In this document: positions 18,620 through 29,027 of the stretch, piece by piece
Layout: every line of letters starts with the position of its first letter
How positions within the stretch are numbered: the first letter of the stretch is position 1
Assembly: GCA_965216565.1 (NCBI GenBank)
Contig: OZ244170.1
Coordinates: 2,208,001-2,272,000, forward strand
DNA: 64,000 bases
Direction: 5' to 3'
Source of the DNA: Bythopirellula sp.
Lineage (GTDB): Bacteria > Planctomycetota > Planctomycetia > Pirellulales > Lacipirellulaceae
Program-made: the position numbers and the translations under genes
The notes under the pieces: generated by a model
The model's input: the letters and a program-made list of their open reading frames with translations, nothing else
What the model was told of the DNA's origin: nothing
The model's database searches: none

Positions 18620-21600
18620 ATGTCGAAACGACGCTTTACCAGTATTGCGATTGCTACTCTTTGCCTCATCACCATGGGGATCCCCCCCCATCTAGCGGAG
18701 AAATCGGTCGGCGCCACGCTGTCGGAACGATTTTCTTCCTTGGGCGGGATGTTCAAGAAAGATGATCCGAAGCCCCAATCAAATCGATCTCAGGCAAATC
18801 GGTCGCAGGCCAGCCAATCCTCAACGCGAAGCACTAGACAGCGCTCCGCGCGAACAGGCTATGGAAAAACCAGTCAGCGCGGTCGCACAACAGCCAGCAA
18901 CAATTCCCGGTCACGAACCAGCTCGCCCAAGAAGAGTGGGCTAAGCAGCTTCTTGCCAGAAAGTCTATTTGGGAAGAAGAAGACTTCTCAAAACGTTGCC
19001 AGTGATCGACCACGGCAACAGCCAAACCGACAGCAACAGGCCAGTTCCCGGAGTCAGAACCGCCGCAGTGCGGGCCAAGTGGCCCAACAGAAAAGAAGCG
19101 CACCAAGTGCAAAAGTTAAGAGCCAAATCGCTAAGGACCTACCGGAGATTGTGGAAGATCGCAGGGCACCGATAGCCGCCACGATTCGTAGGTCTCCTCA
19201 AATTGGCCGAGACGATGATCTTCAAGATACCCTCGACGAGTTGGGCAGTAGCGACGATCTGCTGCCAGGTTCAGTCATTGTCGATAGCGAAGAGACCGTC
19301 GTAGAAGACAACGTCACTCCGGCGCCAGGCGCCGCGGTACTTGCTATGGATGACTACGGAGCCGAAATCGTTGGCGACACCGACGATGTCGCAGAGTTTG
19401 AGGACACGGCCATCGCCGAGGATGAAGCAGCTCTCGTAGTAGAAGACGAGTACATTGCCGAGGAGGTGGTTGTCTCCGAACAAACCCCTGACGCGGACGA
19501 GTCTCTCAAAGATGAGACCTTCGAAATCGTCGGAAATCTACCACTCACAGGTGAAAACTTAGATTCTCAGGAAGCTGTGCAAGACTATTCCGTAGATTCT
19601 CATGACGACGCCGAGTTCGCAGTCGTCCAAGAGGAAATTATCTACGAACCTTCCCAGCAAATCGCTGATAACACTTTTGAGGAAAATAACCTTGAGGAGA
19701 ATACCGTTGAAGAAGGTGCCGCTCAGCACGGCAATCTAGCTCAAGAAGAAACACCCTTCGGGCAGGCTAATCTGGACGTTCACGATGCGTTGTTGAGCGA
19801 AGACCTCTATGCGATGCCAGAGGAAGAAGCCGCAGTCGTTTCCGAACAAGAACCTGCGATGGAAGAAGGTCATGCCGAGGAGCAATTCGCCGACATCGTA
19901 GAAACCCTCGAAAAAGAAAGTGCCGAAATTGCTCTCATCGATGAGCCTCACGCTGATGAATTGGCTCCTGCAGAAGTACTGGCCGAACAGCCAGAACTGG
20001 CGGCCGAGGAATTAGTCGCAGGCAACACCGCTGAGGAGGCCTTTGCCACCGATTCGGTTACTAAGCAAGAATCTGCCTTGACCGATGAGCTTTATTATTC
20101 TGCTACCGAACCCCAGGAAGCTTCCGATCCTCAGGAGACTTTGGCAGAACCGCAAAACGAAGAAGAAGCCCAAATGGCAGTTGTCGAGATTACTCCTCAG
20201 GCGGATCAACCAGTCCCCAGCGTCGATGCCTTCGAATCGATCTCCGAATTGGCTTCGGAAAGTACCCCTGAACCTCAACAGGTGATTGCCAGCGACTCGC
20301 AGTCGAGTCCCGGCCGATATTCAGAGCACACGCCGACAACCACAGTGCAGGAGCCTCAACAACAATCCGGCGATCAGTTTGCCGACGTGGTGGAGACTCT
20401 CGAATCGCAGCCCCGGTTGACGGCAACGAATCCTGTCGAAACTCCCAAGCAGGGCAGAACGAGCCAGGAGAGAATTGAAGTAGTTGCTAGTGAGCCCATT
20501 AAGAAACCGGAACCTCAACAGCAATTAGTTCGCGAAGACATCAAGACGGCTTCCCAACCGCAGCCACGCGAGGCCACACGACTGATCCGTCCCCATGGCG
20601 ATGTGCTGACATCTGCCGAACAACCGGTCATCATGTCGCACGTCGAAGGACCGCGTAGTATTCTGGTCGGCAAGGAAGCGAGCTACCGTGTTGTCCTGGA
20701 GAACACCAGTCAAGCAGAAGCCCAAAACCTGTCGGCCGCCGTCAAGGTGCCAGAGTGGGCAGACTTGGTCGACGTGGTTTGCTCCGCTGGAATCGTCGAG
20801 CAGTCCAGGGACGGCAAGAACGCGGACACGCTCCAGTGGCATCTGCCCAAACTTGGGGCCCATTCTTCGCAAACACTGCAACTGCAACTCATCCCACGTA
20901 GCGGACGTGCCTTCCAGCTAGGTGTGCAGTGGAGCCAGGAAACAGCCACGACAGAAACAATCGTTGAAGTGAAGGAGCCCAAGCTACAGATGGCCATCGA
21001 AGGACCGGAAGACGTCCTGTTCGGCGATCCGAAGCGATACCGTCTGGTGCTGAAGAACCCCGGCAATGGTCCTGCCGAGAACGTCGCACTTACGTTGATT
21101 CCTCCTGGAAGCGATTCACTGTCGGCCAAGCCGCACGTCATTGGCACGCTTGGCCCGTCAGAAGTGAAGGAAATCGAAATCGAGCTCACCGCTCGGGAGA
21201 CCGGCGAGCTGATTCTACAAGCTAGTGCCGAGGCGACTGGCGATTTGAAATGCGAAGTCATCAAACGCGTCCAGTGCCGCAAACCAGAACTAGAAGTCGA
21301 TTGGCGAGGTCCGGAGCAGAAATATGCGGGCACCGAGTCAGCCTATTACTTCCGCGTCCACAACCCAGGCACCGCTAGAACCGGCGTGGTCGATGTGAAA
21401 GTACGCCTGCCTGCCGGTATCAAGTTCATCTCGGCAAGCGATAGTTTCTCTTACGACGCCACGAGCGGTCTAGTGACCTGGCGATTGGATGGGCTCCGTC
21501 CGACCGAAGAGCAGTTCATGCAGTTCCGCTGCGAGTTGGAACGACCAGGCTTGAAAGAATTTGAAGTCGAAGCCACCAGCCAAGGCGGTCTACTCACCGA

Positions 21601-22057
21601 TGCCGAGTGGATTCGCACCGAAGTGATCGCGCTGGCCGACTTGAAGTTAGACGTCCGAGATCCTCGCGGAGCGCACCCCACTGGCGAGCCCGTCACTTAC
21701 GAGATTCGCGTCGAGAACCGTGGCACGACAGATGCCGAAGGAATCTCGATCGTCGGGCTGTTTTCCGAAGGCATCGACCCGGTATCGGTGGAGGGTGCTC
21801 AAAGCTCTGTCCGAGACGGTCGGGTGAATTTCCAAACCGTGAAGACGTTGCCACCAGGCGGAGAAATCCTCCTGAAAATTCGCGCCATCGCCTCGGACGT
21901 GGGCACCCACATCTTTCGGGCTGAGGTTTCCTGCCACGATCTAGACATCAAATTGGCAGCCGAAGAAACGACTCGGTTCTTTAAAGACGATTTTCAATGG
22001 GGCGAGGGAGAGACACCTTACACGGCAGCGCGGATTAAGAAGACAAGCAGCCGTTAG
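18620..22057 (+). CDS. Exported protein with long disordered N-terminal half and four C-terminal DUF11-like (Ig-like) repeats
   Basis: Signal-like N-terminus; repeated GP....G....Y...V.N.G...A..V motifs in the last ~480 aa. Confidence 0.8.
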   Translation: MSKRRFTSIAIATLCLITMGIPPHLAEKSVGATLSERFSSLGGMFKKDDPKPQSNRSQANRSQASQSSTRSTRQRSARTGYGKTSQRGRTTASNNSRSRTSSPKKSGLSSFLPESLFGKKKTSQNVASDRPRQQPNRQQQASSRSQNRRSAGQVAQQKRSAPSAKVKSQIAKDLPEIVEDRRAPIAATIRRSPQIGRDDDLQDTLDELGSSDDLLPGSVIVDSEETVVEDNVTPAPGAAVLAMDDYGAEIVGDTDDVAEFEDTAIAEDEAALVVEDEYIAEEVVVSEQTPDADESLKDETFEIVGNLPLTGENLDSQEAVQDYSVDSHDDAEFAVVQEEIIYEPSQQIADNTFEENNLEENTVEEGAAQHGNLAQEETPFGQANLDVHDALLSEDLYAMPEEEAAVVSEQEPAMEEGHAEEQFADIVETLEKESAEIALIDEPHADELAPAEVLAEQPELAAEELVAGNTAEEAFATDSVTKQESALTDELYYSATEPQEASDPQETLAEPQNEEEAQMAVVEITPQADQPVPSVDAFESISELASESTPEPQQVIASDSQSSPGRYSEHTPTTTVQEPQQQSGDQFADVVETLESQPRLTATNPVETPKQGRTSQERIEVVASEPIKKPEPQQQLVREDIKTASQPQPREATRLIRPHGDVLTSAEQPVIMSHVEGPRSILVGKEASYRVVLENTSQAEAQNLSAAVKVPEWADLVDVVCSAGIVEQSRDGKNADTLQWHLPKLGAHSSQTLQLQLIPRSGRAFQLGVQWSQETATTETIVEVKEPKLQMAIEGPEDVLFGDPKRYRLVLKNPGNGPAENVALTLIPPGSDSLSAKPHVIGTLGPSEVKEIEIELTARETGELILQASAEATGDLKCEVIKRVQCRKPELEVDWRGPEQKYAGTESAYYFRVHNPGTARTGVVDVKVRLPAGIKFISASDSFSYDATSGLVTWRLDGLRPTEEQFMQFRCELERPGLKEFEVEATSQGGLLTDAEWIRTEVIALADLKLDVRDPRGAHPTGEPVTYEIRVENRGTTDAEGISIVGLFSEGIDPVSVEGAQSSVRDGRVNFQTVKTLPPGGEILLKIRAIASDVGTHIFRAEVSCHDLDIKLAAEETTRFFKDDFQWGEGETPYTAARIKKTSSR

Positions 22058-22108
22058 GGTTCCGGCGACTTCTAGTTTGCAGCTTGTGACATTTAGTAAG
22101 TGTCGAGT

Positions 22109-23293
22109 TTATTTCACGTCGTCAAACGCCAGGGGATCGGGACTCTTGGCGTTGGTGATGCGGATTGACTTCTTGCCGTCGAGCAATTCTTCGATCAGGT
22201 TGCCAACGAGCTGTTCGCGCCAACCGGTGGCCAAGACGGGTAGATTGTCGTCTTCGGCTGGCACGAAACCCATTTTGTGGGCGACGAGCTCCCGCACGTC
22301 ACTGGCCGTACCAGCCAAACTGGCAGCGATCTCGGCATGACGACACACCGAGGCCAGCGCAGGGGCCAGAAATTGCCCCAGCAAGTTTAGTTGCGGAGGA
22401 ATTTGTTTGCGGCGGCGACTGTTGTCTCGCTTCACGGGGTTTTCCAGGCCACGACGAACACATGCAGCCAAGTCTTCCGCATTGCGTTTCGCTCCGCTAC
22501 GTTCCAGACCGCGGATGCCCATGAGGCGATCGGGGCTATCAACCTTGCGTTTTGCAATTTCAACCATCAGATCGTCTCGCAAGAGTCGCTTTTGAGGACG
22601 ATTGCGGCGTTTCGCTTCTTCGTAACGCCAGTGCCAAAGTTCGCGAATGATCGCCAAGTTTTGCGGTCCCAGTTTGCCGATGCCCGACACACGTCGCCAA
22701 TCCTTGCGCGAACTCGCCTCTACCACCTCTTGCTGCCAACTCTCCATCTCTTCTTCGAACCAAGGCAGCCGATCTCGCTCGTTGAGCAAATCCATCAGTT
22801 TGTCGTACAACGGCATCAGATGACGCACATCTTCCAGGGCATAGTTAATCTGCGACTTGGTGAGCGGACGTTTGCGCCAGTCGGTACGCTGCTCGCCCTT
22901 AGCCGGCTGGATCCCCAGAAATTTATTCACGATCGAACCGTAGGCCGACGGGAATTCGTTACTGCAAAAACCTGCGGCGATCTGGACATCGAACAGCTGT
23001 TGGGGCAGCTTGTCGACCGCTCGCAACATGAAGTTCAGTTCCTCGCGCCCAGCATGCAGGACTGTGATGTGGTCGCCTTCAACCAACATCTTCCAGAATG
23101 GCGTGATATCTTCGATCGCCATCGTGTCGATAACGGCCATCTCATCGCGCGTCGAAACTTGTATCAAACAGAGTTCCGGATAGAACGTGTCTTCTGAGAC
23201 AAATTCCGTATCAATACCGATGAACTCAGCCGAGCTGAGTCGGTCGCATAGTTGATCGAGAACTTTGGACTCGGTAATCGTAGGTGCAGACAC
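22109..23293 (-). CDS. rnd: Ribonuclease D (DEDDy 3'-5' exonuclease plus HRDC)
   Basis: IGIDTEF, LCLIQV, LFDVQIAA, TDWRKRPLT..QINYALEDV, HRDC LWHWR..EA. Confidence 0.93.
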   Translation of the reverse strand: MSAPTITESKVLDQLCDRLSSAEFIGIDTEFVSEDTFYPELCLIQVSTRDEMAVIDTMAIEDITPFWKMLVEGDHITVLHAGREELNFMLRAVDKLPQQLFDVQIAAGFCSNEFPSAYGSIVNKFLGIQPAKGEQRTDWRKRPLTKSQINYALEDVRHLMPLYDKLMDLLNERDRLPWFEEEMESWQQEVVEASSRKDWRRVSGIGKLGPQNLAIIRELWHWRYEEAKRRNRPQKRLLRDDLMVEIAKRKVDSPDRLMGIRGLERSGAKRNAEDLAACVRRGLENPVKRDNSRRRKQIPPQLNLLGQFLAPALASVCRHAEIAASLAGTASDVRELVAHKMGFVPAEDDNLPVLATGWREQLVGNLIEELLDGKKSIRITNAKSPDPLAFDDVK

Positions 23294-23407
23294 TGGGAAA
23301 CGATTCTCAATCGGATTCAAACGGGCAAGGTGGCAGTCCAAGGGTCGGCATTCTACGGTGTCGACCCTCTACCCAGCAACCTTAACTGCTCGCTGTTCTT
23401 CGCAGAA

Positions 23408-25036
23408 TCAATGTGCTTCCGTACTGACCACGGCAGGTGGATGGGCCTGGCTTACCTCTGTAGCCTCAGGCAGGTCCGACATGTAGCGCCAATTGGTGAG
23501 TGCCAAGATTGGCAACAGGAACAAACAGCTGTAACCCATGTAACCAAAGAAACTCGGCATTCTAACGCCTGACTTCTCAGCGATGGCCTTCACCATGAAG
23601 TTTGGCCCATTGCCGATATACGTCATGGCTCCCATGAACACTGCACCAAGGCTGATGGCTACTAACACCATTTCATTGACGCCGGCGGTAGCTCCAACGA
23701 CGGGTGGCACCTGGGCCGCCTTGAAAAAGACCAAATAGGTGGGGGCATTATCTAGGAACGACGAGAGTCCGCCCGTCGCCCAGAAGAACCCGGTGGGGTT
23801 CAACGAGCCTGCAATCACCTGTCCCTTTTCCGCCAGTATCTGCAACGCGGGCTGCATGCAAACGAATATCCCGATGAACAGTGCCGCCACTTCGATAATC
23901 GCGTGATAGTTGAAGTTATTCTTCGCGCGGATCTGCTTGGATCCCCAGAAGAGTGAGATAGCAACTAGTCCCAACTGAATAATCTCTCGCATAAACATCC
24001 AGGCATGCCATTCGGTGCCCGGCAGAGACTTCTTCGGATCGAGTAGACCTACCGCCAAGACCACACCCAGCAGGAGTGGAAAGTTCAATCCCAAACCACT
24101 AACTCGGATACGGCGAGTATGGGTGATGTCTCGCTTAATATCTTTCTTGGTTTCTTTCGGATAGAAGTAGAACTGGTCGACCAAGCAATAGGTCAGCAGC
24201 AGCAGCCCGTTAACGAACAGCCAGGGCTCCCAGAGACCCAGGGTCCATGTAAATTCCACGCCCTCTAAGTAACCAAGGAACAGCGGTGGATCGCCAATTG
24301 GCAGCAAGCAACCGCCGCAGTTGCAGACAACGAAAATGAAGAACACGATCGTATGACGAACGTGCTTCCGTTCGTCGTTAGTGTCCAGCAGCGGGCGAAT
24401 CAACAGCATCGCGGCACCGGTGGTGCCAATAAAGCTGGCGAGCAATCCACCAACGGTCATGAAGCTGGCATTGGTAAGTGGGTTGGCTTGCAGGTCGCCT
24501 TCGATGCGGATTCCACCTGCAATCGTATACAGGCTGAATAGCAACACGATGAATGGGATGTATTCCGAGAGGATCGCATTTGCCAAGGTCGCGCCGACGA
24601 AGCCCGTTTGCAGAGCACCTTCGCTGGGCTCAACAACACTGTGAGCAGGCCAGTGTACGTCGATGGGTGAGTGGTGGAGCACGGCATAGTAGCCCAAAGT
24701 CAGCAGCCCCAAACCGGCAGCCACCTTGAATCGGTTGACGTTGTTCTCCCACCAATGCTCAGTAATTCGAACTAGCGGAAACACAGCGATAGCGAGCAAA
24801 AGCAGCACAAAGGGAATCACCGTCCAGTAGGGCGGGGCAGAGGCTATTCCATGAGAATCGTGACTTCCGTGAGCGTCTGCTGCTGGAGCTTCAGTCGCAT
24901 GATGCAACGATTCGACGACCAGTTCTGTGGCATAACTTGGTAGGCCCCAAATGGCGCTTACCAAATAAATGGCAATGATCGTAACGATCCCGTAAACAAC
25001 CATATTGCCACGAGATTCGTGTGCCGAGCTACTCAT
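23408..25036 (-). CDS. Ion-transporter superfamily membrane protein (putative sodium:proton antiporter / CitMHS_2-like)
   Basis: Many TM helices; ASFIGTTGAAMLLIRP, IGDPPLFLGYL, SSFLDNAPTY, GAVFMGAMTYIGNGPNFMVK. Confidence 0.85.
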   Translation of the reverse strand: MSSSAHESRGNMVVYGIVTIIAIYLVSAIWGLPSYATELVVESLHHATEAPAADAHGSHDSHGIASAPPYWTVIPFVLLLLAIAVFPLVRITEHWWENNVNRFKVAAGLGLLTLGYYAVLHHSPIDVHWPAHSVVEPSEGALQTGFVGATLANAILSEYIPFIVLLFSLYTIAGGIRIEGDLQANPLTNASFMTVGGLLASFIGTTGAAMLLIRPLLDTNDERKHVRHTIVFFIFVVCNCGGCLLPIGDPPLFLGYLEGVEFTWTLGLWEPWLFVNGLLLLTYCLVDQFYFYPKETKKDIKRDITHTRRIRVSGLGLNFPLLLGVVLAVGLLDPKKSLPGTEWHAWMFMREIIQLGLVAISLFWGSKQIRAKNNFNYHAIIEVAALFIGIFVCMQPALQILAEKGQVIAGSLNPTGFFWATGGLSSFLDNAPTYLVFFKAAQVPPVVGATAGVNEMVLVAISLGAVFMGAMTYIGNGPNFMVKAIAEKSGVRMPSFFGYMGYSCLFLLPILALTNWRYMSDLPEATEVSQAHPPAVVSTEAH

Positions 25037-25496
25037 ACTTGTGATATCCGTTGCCACTGTGATTCTCACCTCATTCGGTTCCTGAGATTAGCCTATACAT
25101 TTCGGCCCATCTCAGAGCAAACCGCTCGAATAATATTGGTAAAAGACTACGAAGTCAGCGTCTATGGGTCTACCCGGAATGCGTCCCAGCAATACCTGGC
25201 GACAGGTTGACGCCCACTTTCACATTTTCATGCCAGTTTGAGTTTCCGTTACCCTGAGAAGCCCTATTTCAAGCTCCGGATAACAGTCAAACTTAGGTCA
25301 CCATTAGGGAGGTGTGGCTTTCTTCGTTAAAGGTATATCTAAGGGTCTCCTCTGCTAACCGGGATTCGTCGCCTAGAATCCCTACGACCGGTATGAATGT
25401 TCGCTGTGACTACCTGAGAAACTTGAATCATAGTAGACTCTGCACAGCGGGAACCAACAGAAATCCCGCGAATTCATGCTACTTAATTATTTGAGA

Positions 25497-26057
25497 ATGA
25501 TGGAAATCTGGCTTCGTCCCAATCGCCGAATACTGCTTGTGTCACTGATTCCCGTGCTGGGGATTGGAGTCTTGTCCCTCGCGGTTGTGGCCCTCGCGGA
25601 GTCCCCCCTGATGAAGTGGGGAGCCGGTGCATTACTCGTCTTAGCCGCAGTTATGGCGGCTGGGCTGGTCCAGCAACTCTTGAAACCTCGAATTGTTTAC
25701 CGCGATGGGCATGTGCTGTTCTACCTCCGATCCCGTCAACCTATAGCCGTTCCCGTGGCGGTGGTGGAAGCTTTTTTTCTGGGACAGGGTCCTGCCAACT
25801 TGCCGGCCATGATTCCGCAAGGAGATAACCCCGAACGGACCGAGACGGTCAACCTGATTGCCAGGCTGTCTCAAAAATATCCCGACTGGGCCAAGCAAGA
25901 CGTCAAGCACGCGCTGGGGAATTGGTGCGATAGCTATGTAACCATCCGGGGCACATGGTGCGAGACGCTCAACGAAGAAACGATTCGCCGACTCAACAGA
26001 CGCCTTGCCGAGGTTTCGCGTGCCGAGACTGCCGAAGAAACGGTTGCCACACCCTAA
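25497..26057 (+). CDS. Hypothetical membrane protein (2 N-terminal TM helices)
   Basis: Clean ORF with hydrophobic N-terminus, co-oriented with mfnB. Confidence 0.75.
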   Translation: MMEIWLRPNRRILLVSLIPVLGIGVLSLAVVALAESPLMKWGAGALLVLAAVMAAGLVQQLLKPRIVYRDGHVLFYLRSRQPIAVPVAVVEAFFLGQGPANLPAMIPQGDNPERTETVNLIARLSQKYPDWAKQDVKHALGNWCDSYVTIRGTWCETLNEETIRRLNRRLAEVSRAETAEETVATP

Positions 26058-26101
26058 GACATGAACCGGCCTCAGTCTAATGAAAAGGAAGGGCTTATGA
26101 A

Positions 26102-26854
26102 ATGGAAGCTCAGGAAGTAGTGCTGACTGCTGCACCAGAATCCAAAGTCACCAGCACAGGGCTACTGGTCAGTGTCCGCAATCAGGCGGAAGCTACGGCA
26201 GCGATGGCGGGCGGAGCCGATTGGATTGATTTGAAAGAGCCGCGTGCAGGTGCCCTAGGTGCCGTCGACCCGGCAATCGCCACGGAGGTGGCTCAGTTTA
26301 TCAACAATCGCTGCCCCTTGTCGGCAGCACTGGGCGAACTGGAAACTTGGAAAAACACATCTGCCCCAAAGCTGCTTGAAGTTCCCGGAATTTCGTACGT
26401 CAAGCTAGGGCTCTCTGGCTACGGCCCAACTCGCGATTGGAAATCAATCTGGAAGAAGTCCGACGCCGAGATCTCTGCCACCGGCAAGTCGCTGGTAGCC
26501 GTGGCGTACGTTGATTGGAAAGCTGCCGACGCCCCATCACCGGAGGAAGTGATCTCTTGCGCTGCCAATTCGCTTGCAAGATGTCTGTTGATCGACACTT
26601 TCGACAAAGGTGCGGGAAGTACCTTGGAATGTCTCCACAGAGAAGGGCTACAGCAGATAGTTCAACAAGCCAAGTCGCACAAATTGAAAGTCGTCCTAGC
26701 GGGCAAAATACATGGTGAGCAGCTCTCCTCACTTCCGTTAGAAAGCACCGACATGCTCGCAGTACGTGGAGCAGTTTGCCCGTCGGGCCGCGAAAGCTCA
26801 GTCGAACAGCAGCTAGTCGCCGGACTCAAGGCCGCGATAGAAGCTCGCCATTAG
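26102..26854 (+). CDS. mfnB: (5-formylfuran-3-yl)methyl phosphate synthase (DUF556 family)
   Basis: LLVSVRN..EA..A..GGADWIDLKEP..GALGA, LSAALGEL, YVKLGL, LLIDTFDK, LAVRGAVC. Confidence 0.88.
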   Translation: MEAQEVVLTAAPESKVTSTGLLVSVRNQAEATAAMAGGADWIDLKEPRAGALGAVDPAIATEVAQFINNRCPLSAALGELETWKNTSAPKLLEVPGISYVKLGLSGYGPTRDWKSIWKKSDAEISATGKSLVAVAYVDWKAADAPSPEEVISCAANSLARCLLIDTFDKGAGSTLECLHREGLQQIVQQAKSHKLKVVLAGKIHGEQLSSLPLESTDMLAVRGAVCPSGRESSVEQQLVAGLKAAIEARH

Positions 26855-26941
26855 CCGCCGCTAGTAACACGTCATTGGGCAACAAAACGGTGCCCTACGT
26901 GCATGATTAAACGCAATAAACCTCCGATAATTTGAATTTGC

Positions 26942-26969
26942 TTGACACCCGAAGGAAAACCTTGATACT
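26942..26969 (+). promoter_or_regulatory. Candidate sigma70-type promoter
   Basis: TTGACA (26942-26947), 16 nt, GATACT in an AT-rich intergenic region upstream of the small ORF at 27100. Confidence 0.45.
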
Positions 26970-27099
26970 CAAAATTGAATGGGGGTAGACAATCCGTGGG
27001 GGAGCGTCCACCCTGAGTGTGAAATTCACACATTCTTATCGAATCGAGTGGCGTAACTCGAACTGTGTTTTCTGGGGATCACGTTTGAGGGCAGACGGC

Positions 27100-27312
27100 G
27101 TGGACATCAAGAACATTCACGAAGCAATTAAATCCGGGAAATGGGACTTTGAGCCCGAGCAGGTATCCGATTCCACTTTCGACTCTACACCCGCCATGCC
27201 TGGGACGGACGAAAAACTGGAAGTCTTGGCCGCTCGTGCAAAAGCGGGACTACCACTCTGGAATACCAACGACCGCACGGAGTATGATGAACGCGACGTT
27301 GAAATTCAGTGA
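27100..27312 (+). CDS. Small hypothetical protein (T.AMPGT.EKLEVLA.R...GLPLW motif)
   Basis: GTG start after GAGG; compact motif resembling small planctomycete proteins. Confidence 0.7.
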   Translation: MDIKNIHEAIKSGKWDFEPEQVSDSTFDSTPAMPGTDEKLEVLAARAKAGLPLWNTNDRTEYDERDVEIQ

Positions 27313-27422
27313 ATGGGAAATCCAGTGAATGGTGCGTCTCATTTGTCACTAAACATATTATCTGTTTCTAAAACAGTCTTTTAAACGCTTGGTGCGACTG
27401 GCACCAGAAAGGGAGTTCTGGC

Positions 27423-27725
27423 GTGCCTAAGTTCAGCTTCTCTATTCCACACACTCTTTCCGCCGAAGATGCCAAGGGCCGTCTCGATAAGTTTATCGAA
27501 GCCCTGGAGGCTAAGGCCGATGGCAGTGTTGCCGATTTAGAACGAAAATGGGTCGATAACGCCCTTGTGTTCGGCTTTAAAACTTATGGCATTAAGATCG
27601 GCGGTCGGATGACGGTCGAAGAAGACAAGGTTGCCATCGACGGCGATCTGCCAATTTCGGCGATGATGTTCAAAGGCAAGATCGAATCGGAAATCAAAAA
27701 GCAGCTCGACCGACTCTTAAAGTAG
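27423..27725 (+). CDS. Polyhydroxyalkanoic acid system family protein
   Basis: IPHTLSAEDAKGRL...W....L.F..., LP..AMMFKGKIESEI; strong RBS AAAGGGAG. Confidence 0.8.
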   Translation: MPKFSFSIPHTLSAEDAKGRLDKFIEALEAKADGSVADLERKWVDNALVFGFKTYGIKIGGRMTVEEDKVAIDGDLPISAMMFKGKIESEIKKQLDRLLK

Positions 27726-27741
27726 TCCCCCTCAGGCTAAG

Positions 27742-28686
27742 CTACGGAACGCCCTGGATCGAAATACTCTTCGAATCCCTGGTGAACGTCATCCCGGCAG
27801 GTTTCAGAATGGCCGCCAAAAGTCGGTCGACTTCTACCTGAGATACCTCACAAGAAACAAGCGTTTCTTTCGATCGATTGTGCTTGGCCAGGGAAGCCTC
27901 ATCCCACACAACTTCCAGTTTGAGTTGTGCCGCCAACTGTTGGACGACTCCACCTACAGGTTGATTCTTCAACTCCAAACTAAACAAGTTCTTAGTTGCT
28001 CGATTGCTGCTTGCTCGCTGCTGCGGGGGTTCGGATACGGCAAGTCTATCTGTGTGGTCCGGCAACGGAAACTTGATCGGCACAATTCGGCAGTTCCGGC
28101 CATCGTTGGCTAGTTCGCAAGTCAAATCGAAGCCGGCTAGGATCAGGACTACTTGATCTGCAAGAGACATCGGCGCGAGAGTCCGCTCGGGCCACAGGTC
28201 GAGTGGCACTAGTTCCAAATCGCTGATCTCGATGCCGTTAGTCCCCAGGAGCTTTTCTAACAACTGCCGCGGCTGAGTTAGTCGGGGCCAACGAATCGGG
28301 TGCTCCTCCTGCCATTTCTTGCTTAAGCTTGGAGCCGACTTGGCAGCTGCCTGACGAGCACGGAGGAGTAACGCCGCCAATCCCCTGGCGGTTTTTGGCG
28401 GCCCCACATAAACCAGTTTCCCAATTCTAAGCACTCCCAACCGGTGCCGCTCGGCCAGGGATTCAATCGCCTCTGTAGCTAGAACATCATTAAAACTTGC
28501 ATTCACCGGTTGCGAAGGGTCAACACGACGGTCGAGCCAAAGCTCAAGCGAAGATGCCTTGGTTAGCCGCTCAAGCACCGTCCCCAACTGCTGTTGTTGC
28601 CAGGTACCCGAGATCCGTTGGGCGCGGCATTGCGTTCCAATCAGAAACAACATCGTCACAGTGACCCACGCAATTCTGCGGCGCAT
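27742..28686 (-). CDS. Exported hypothetical protein with STN/secretin-N-like domains
   Basis: Signal peptide; LWLDRRVDPSQPV and VSCEVSQV....LL.AILKPAG modules. Confidence 0.65.
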   Translation of the reverse strand: MRRRIAWVTVTMLFLIGTQCRAQRISGTWQQQQLGTVLERLTKASSLELWLDRRVDPSQPVNASFNDVLATEAIESLAERHRLGVLRIGKLVYVGPPKTARGLAALLLRARQAAAKSAPSLSKKWQEEHPIRWPRLTQPRQLLEKLLGTNGIEISDLELVPLDLWPERTLAPMSLADQVVLILAGFDLTCELANDGRNCRIVPIKFPLPDHTDRLAVSEPPQQRASSNRATKNLFSLELKNQPVGGVVQQLAAQLKLEVVWDEASLAKHNRSKETLVSCEVSQVEVDRLLAAILKPAGMTFTRDSKSISIQGVP

Positions 28687-29027
28687 CAACCTTGCTCGAT
28701 GCTTGAAGCTCTTCGGAGGTTGTTGTCGGTCGCACATCGCAGCTAAGAACTGAAAGTTTGTCAAGCAAAAAAACGACCATTTGAAACCGGCTGTTTTAGG
28801 CACTGTTAACATTTTCGTTGTGATTTCTGGAATTGCAATTACACTCGAAGTAGGTGCGGAACATTCGTTCTAAAGCCTAACCGGGGAGGTTACTTTCCGA
28901 GTTACTCCTGCAGGGTGATGGACGTCACAGTGGCTGTCGGTTATCCCACGGTTATCTCTTCAAAAAAATCAATCGATACTGACTGCCGAATTCGCGGCCA
29001 GCGTTTCCGAACGCAGTCAAAGGTGGA

